Source of the DNA: an uncultured Trueperaceae bacterium
GTDB taxonomy: Bacteria; Deinococcota; Deinococci; Deinococcales; Trueperaceae
Direction: 5' to 3'
Length of the DNA stretch: 64,000 nt
Assembly (NCBI GenBank): GCA_963727505.1
Contig: CAVSGP010000004.1
Span: 480,001 to 544,000 of the forward strand
Positions 60,589 to 64,000 of this stretch are shown here, in pieces; positions within the stretch are counted from its first letter, which is position 1, and each line of letters starts with the position of its first letter. The position numbers and the translations under genes are program-made. Below the pieces are notes generated by a model. That model worked only from the letters and a program-made list of their open reading frames with translations, ran no database searches and was not told the origin of the DNA.

Positions 60589-63519
60589 GTGCGGCGCGCC
60601 CTGCTCCTCGGCGCCGTCACCCTGGCGTTGCTGGCGAGCGGGGCCGCCCAGGCCGTGCGCATCACGATCGATACCGGCGGCGACCCGAGCAGCCGCCTGG
60701 AGATCCGGACCCTCACGCTCCCGGATGGCACAGAGGCTCAGCTCTACGTCCTGGAGGGGCACCAGGTCCACGTCTCCATCGGCAACAACGAGCTGGTGGC
60801 CGACCACGTCGAGTTCGATCTGACCAACCGCATCGTGCGTGTGGTGGGTTACGGAAGCTACACCACCAACGGTGAGACGGTGGCGGGCAAGGACCTCGTC
60901 ATCGACCTGGCGGGCGAAAGCTTCCAGGCAAGGGATGTCATCATCAGCACCTCCGCCCTCGACGTGAAGGGGGACAGCGCCAGCCGGGTACCGGGCCAGA
61001 TCAGCCTCCTCAGTGGCCACTTCAGCCCCTGCTCCCGCTGCGACCAGACCGTCGAGGACTACGGCTTCGACGCCTCCCGCATCGAGCTCTATCCGGGTGA
61101 TCGTCTGGTGGCGTACGGCGTCACCGTGCTGCTGCGCGATCGCCCACTGTTCAAGCTCCCCCTGCTGGTGCTGCCGCTCGCGCCGCCGAACCGCCAGCCG
61201 CTGTTGTCGATCACCGCCGGCACCGCCACGACGCGGGCCGAGGTCGCCCTGCGCTGGCCCTACGTCTCCGGGCCGAACGGCTTCGGCAACGTCTACCTGC
61301 ACTATTACGCCGACGTCCTCCCGGGCGCCGGAAGCTGGCTGGAGAACAACCTGCTGGGCGGGCAGGTGGAGACGGCGTACCTCGGCGGCGGCTTCGATCA
61401 CCGTTTCTACACCGACCGTGGCAAGGGCGAGTTCAAGGTGGAGTACACCCCCTTCACGCTCGATCGCAACTCCGACGGCACCGTGCCGACGGGCGCGAAG
61501 GGCGCGAGCACACTGCAATTCGACCTGCACTACGCCACCGAGTCGTCCCTGGGACCACCGGCGGTGTCGTTCAGCCTCAAGCGCGACGACACCGTGCGGA
61601 ACCGCATCTGGGAGTTCGGCTGGTCGACCACCGAACAGAGCGCCGGACTCGAGGGAACCTTCAGCTCGCAGGGATTCCTCGACCTGCAGCCCGGCGACGA
61701 CGTGAGCACCCCCAGCTACGCCAGCCGCACCACGCCCCTGTGGACCGTGGCACGACTGCAGGTGAAGCCCACCGACCTCAAGGACTACACGTTCGGCCCC
61801 TTCCAGGTACAGAGCGCGCTCGTGGATCTGGGCGCCTTCCGCGACAACAGCAACCTCAGCAACCGCAGCGCAGCCGCCACCCCCACCGTGACCTCGGCCC
61901 GCGCGCTCGACAACTACGCGCTGGTGCTGAATCCGGCCTCGCCGTGGGCCGGCATGACGGTGTCCGGCAAGAGCGTGTTCACCGGCAAGTACTACGGCAC
62001 CGGTGAGCGGCTCATCGATTGGAACTCCGACATCACGGCGAAGCAGACCGTGGCCGACGCGGGCTCGCTGTCGCTGACGTTGCTGCGTGATACGGCCCAG
62101 GGCGAGACCCCGTTCGCGTTCGATCAGATCCCGCTGAGGACCCGCACGGAGTCGAACGCGACGCTCCTCCTCGACCCGCTGGCGTGGGCCAGCCTCGAGG
62201 TGAAGGGCGGCTACGTCTTCGTCGACAGTCGCGACCAGCAGAACCTGGGAGTGCAGCCGATCGATTCCACCCTGAGCCTGTTCAGGAACACCGACTGGAT
62301 CAACCTCAGCGTCAGCAACAGCTACGACGTGAAGAACCAGGATCCCGGAACGATCGACACCAAGCTCGACCTGACCTCGCAGGGCGACCTGAAGGCGTCG
62401 CTGAACCTCGAACACGTCGAGGATCTCAAGGCCACCCCCGACCGGCTCAGCGGCATCGTGACGGACCAGACCCACTCGCTGGCGAAGGCCAGCCTGGCCT
62501 ACGCCGGCGTGGTAGAGCTGTCGATCAGCGGCGGCTACAACTACGCTCCACCGCCTCCGCCGGCGGGAGGGCCGTCACAGGCGTGGGATCCGCTCGATCT
62601 CTCCCTCACCCTGGGAACGCTCCAACAGGGCGACGCGACACCCGGCGTCAAACTCACCTACGAGCGCGACCTCAATGCCGGCAAGGTCACCGCCCTGCAG
62701 GTCGACGCCGCCGCCGCAGCCGGTCCCTTGCAGTTCAGCGCCTCGGAGCGGCTGGCGTTTCCCGCAGGCACCGTGGCGTCGAGCTCGTTGCGTCTGGCCT
62801 GGCCAGGGATCGCCGCGCTCGAGGCCGATGGACTGGCGTGGCTCGAGCCCGGCTGGCTGGGCTTCCCGGGCGATCCCACCGTCAGCCGCGGGCTGTCGTT
62901 CCGGGTCGAGGACGCCCCCGGCGCCGGCTCCCCGATCTGGCAGGTGCGCTACGACACCCTCTTCGATCCCACCCTGAACGGAGGCGCAGGCGGCTACCGC
63001 AACACCGACCTGACCACACGCGCCGTACTGACCGACCGCCAGGTCGGCCCCGCCAACTTCAGCGTGGACCTCTTCTCCGACATGCCGCTGCGCGACGACC
63101 TGCAGCCCATCTCCTACCTGCGCCGCGCCAGCCTCACGTTCGGAATCGATCTCTACCAGACGGTCGGCTTGCAGGGGTCGCTGGGCTACAACGGCGCCTA
63201 TTCCAGCGCCACGCAGTCCGTGACGAGCGAAGTGCTCACCCTCGGTGACGTCGCTCTCATCGTGCGCCCCCTCAAGGAACTCTATGTTGGAGCAGTGCTG
63301 AACGACACCTGGGACTTCTCGGGCAACGATCCCAACCACCCGGCATTCAATCTGCAGCCGACCTTCGTGGCGGCCTGGAACCGCTGCTGCTGGGCGCTGT
63401 ACAGTTCCTGGGACAGCGCCACCGGTCGCTTCAAGATCGCGCTCACCACACCGGGCGCGCAGAAGGGATTGCTGCAGATGTTCGATACCGGCCTCACCCT
63501 GCCGGGAGCGAAACCGTGA
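60589..63519 (+). CDS. LptD-like outer-membrane beta-barrel protein
   Basis: Signal peptide, N-terminal jellyroll-like region with FSPCSRC, long beta-strand-rich region, CCW near the C-terminus; follows lptFG. Confidence 0.7.
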   Translation: MRRALLLGAVTLALLASGAAQAVRITIDTGGDPSSRLEIRTLTLPDGTEAQLYVLEGHQVHVSIGNNELVADHVEFDLTNRIVRVVGYGSYTTNGETVAGKDLVIDLAGESFQARDVIISTSALDVKGDSASRVPGQISLLSGHFSPCSRCDQTVEDYGFDASRIELYPGDRLVAYGVTVLLRDRPLFKLPLLVLPLAPPNRQPLLSITAGTATTRAEVALRWPYVSGPNGFGNVYLHYYADVLPGAGSWLENNLLGGQVETAYLGGGFDHRFYTDRGKGEFKVEYTPFTLDRNSDGTVPTGAKGASTLQFDLHYATESSLGPPAVSFSLKRDDTVRNRIWEFGWSTTEQSAGLEGTFSSQGFLDLQPGDDVSTPSYASRTTPLWTVARLQVKPTDLKDYTFGPFQVQSALVDLGAFRDNSNLSNRSAAATPTVTSARALDNYALVLNPASPWAGMTVSGKSVFTGKYYGTGERLIDWNSDITAKQTVADAGSLSLTLLRDTAQGETPFAFDQIPLRTRTESNATLLLDPLAWASLEVKGGYVFVDSRDQQNLGVQPIDSTLSLFRNTDWINLSVSNSYDVKNQDPGTIDTKLDLTSQGDLKASLNLEHVEDLKATPDRLSGIVTDQTHSLAKASLAYAGVVELSISGGYNYAPPPPPAGGPSQAWDPLDLSLTLGTLQQGDATPGVKLTYERDLNAGKVTALQVDAAAAAGPLQFSASERLAFPAGTVASSSLRLAWPGIAALEADGLAWLEPGWLGFPGDPTVSRGLSFRVEDAPGAGSPIWQVRYDTLFDPTLNGGAGGYRNTDLTTRAVLTDRQVGPANFSVDLFSDMPLRDDLQPISYLRRASLTFGIDLYQTVGLQGSLGYNGAYSSATQSVTSEVLTLGDVALIVRPLKELYVGAVLNDTWDFSGNDPNHPAFNLQPTFVAAWNRCCWALYSSWDSATGRFKIALTTPGAQKGLLQMFDTGLTLPGAKP

Positions 63520-64000
63520 GGCGGCTGCGCACGCTGGCGCCGCTGCTGCTCTTGCTGGTGGGGGTCGTGGCGGGATGCACCGGCACGAGTGAGAACGTGC
63601 CGCCCCTGCTGCTGGCGGTGGGCCGGCAGGATCCAACGAACCCGTCGGCCTCCCAGATGGTGCTGGTGGAGGACAACTTCACGACCAACCAGGCCACGCT
63701 CAGAACGCTGACCGTCGTCCCGGGCAGCGCCCGGCCCCTGCCCTACCCGGCAGTGGCGTCCGACGTGGTCGACCGCGCTGGGGCGCGATCGAGCATGGTG
63801 GTGCTGACGCGCGACCTGTCTGGAGGGACCTCCCCGAGCTCGGCGCTGGCGACCTTCAACCTGGTCGGCATCGATCCGGCTGCGCCCACGGCCTTCGCCC
63901 AGCAGTCGACGACGGCGCTCAGCGGCGCCGCGGGGGATGCGTTGCAGTCCTACGCCCCGGTCTGCCCGACCGGCGTGACGGTGTCGGCGACGGGACGCTA
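63516..64000 (+). CDS. Lipoprotein, truncated by the window end
   Basis: GTG overlaps the lptD-like stop; MRRLRTLAPLLLLLVGVVAGC lipobox; frame open to the end; not in the ORF track. Confidence 0.7.
   Translation, partial: MRRLRTLAPLLLLLVGVVAGCTGTSENVPPLLLAVGRQDPTNPSASQMVLVEDNFTTNQATLRTLTVVPGSARPLPYPAVASDVVDRAGARSSMVVLTRDLSGGTSPSSALATFNLVGIDPAAPTAFAQQSTTALSGAAGDALQSYAPVCPTGVTVSATGR

Noticed and set aside
59161..62475. 1104-aa minus-strand ORF
   Set aside because: Antisense shadow of lptG and the lptD-like gene, expected in high-GC DNA; no motifs

Overview
GC-rich bacterial chromosome. Gene content and many -10-only (leaderless-type) promoters suggest Deinococcota, possibly Truepera-like; this is an inference. 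Positions 1-7212 are the right end of an element integrated at a tRNA-Leu(CAG) gene, bounded by a duplicated tRNA 3' half (7158-7212). The element is almost entirely one translationally coupled minus-strand operon. It encodes an excisionase-like HTH protein, an AAA_25/RepA-type helicase with internal iteron-like repeats, a Holliday-junction resolvase, a TerS-like protein and a large terminase split into separate ATPase and nuclease genes. No integrase, portal or capsid gene lies in the window, so it resembles a phage satellite or reduced prophage. The rest is mostly core genome: glyQS, clpC-radA-PIN/TRAM, tRNA-Ala(TGC), a combined caa3 oxidase plus Rieske/cytochrome b-c operon, gyrB, a two-component system, proA, a small accessory patch (CPBP protease, secreted Ig-repeat protein), an ABC-F ATPase, oligopeptidase A, a Cys-less LOV/degenerate GGDEF/EAL protein, a DtxR/MntR regulator, LysR-YeiH, trxB with a CsoR-like operator, an ABC exporter with a SPOR protein, an ATP-cone 2-phosphoglycerate kinase-like protein, Nudix, pgeF, trmB, a nitrilase-family protein and an lptF-lptG-lptD-like cluster. 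No CRISPR array, rRNA or IS transposase was seen. All family calls come from motif recognition by eye; no database search was run.
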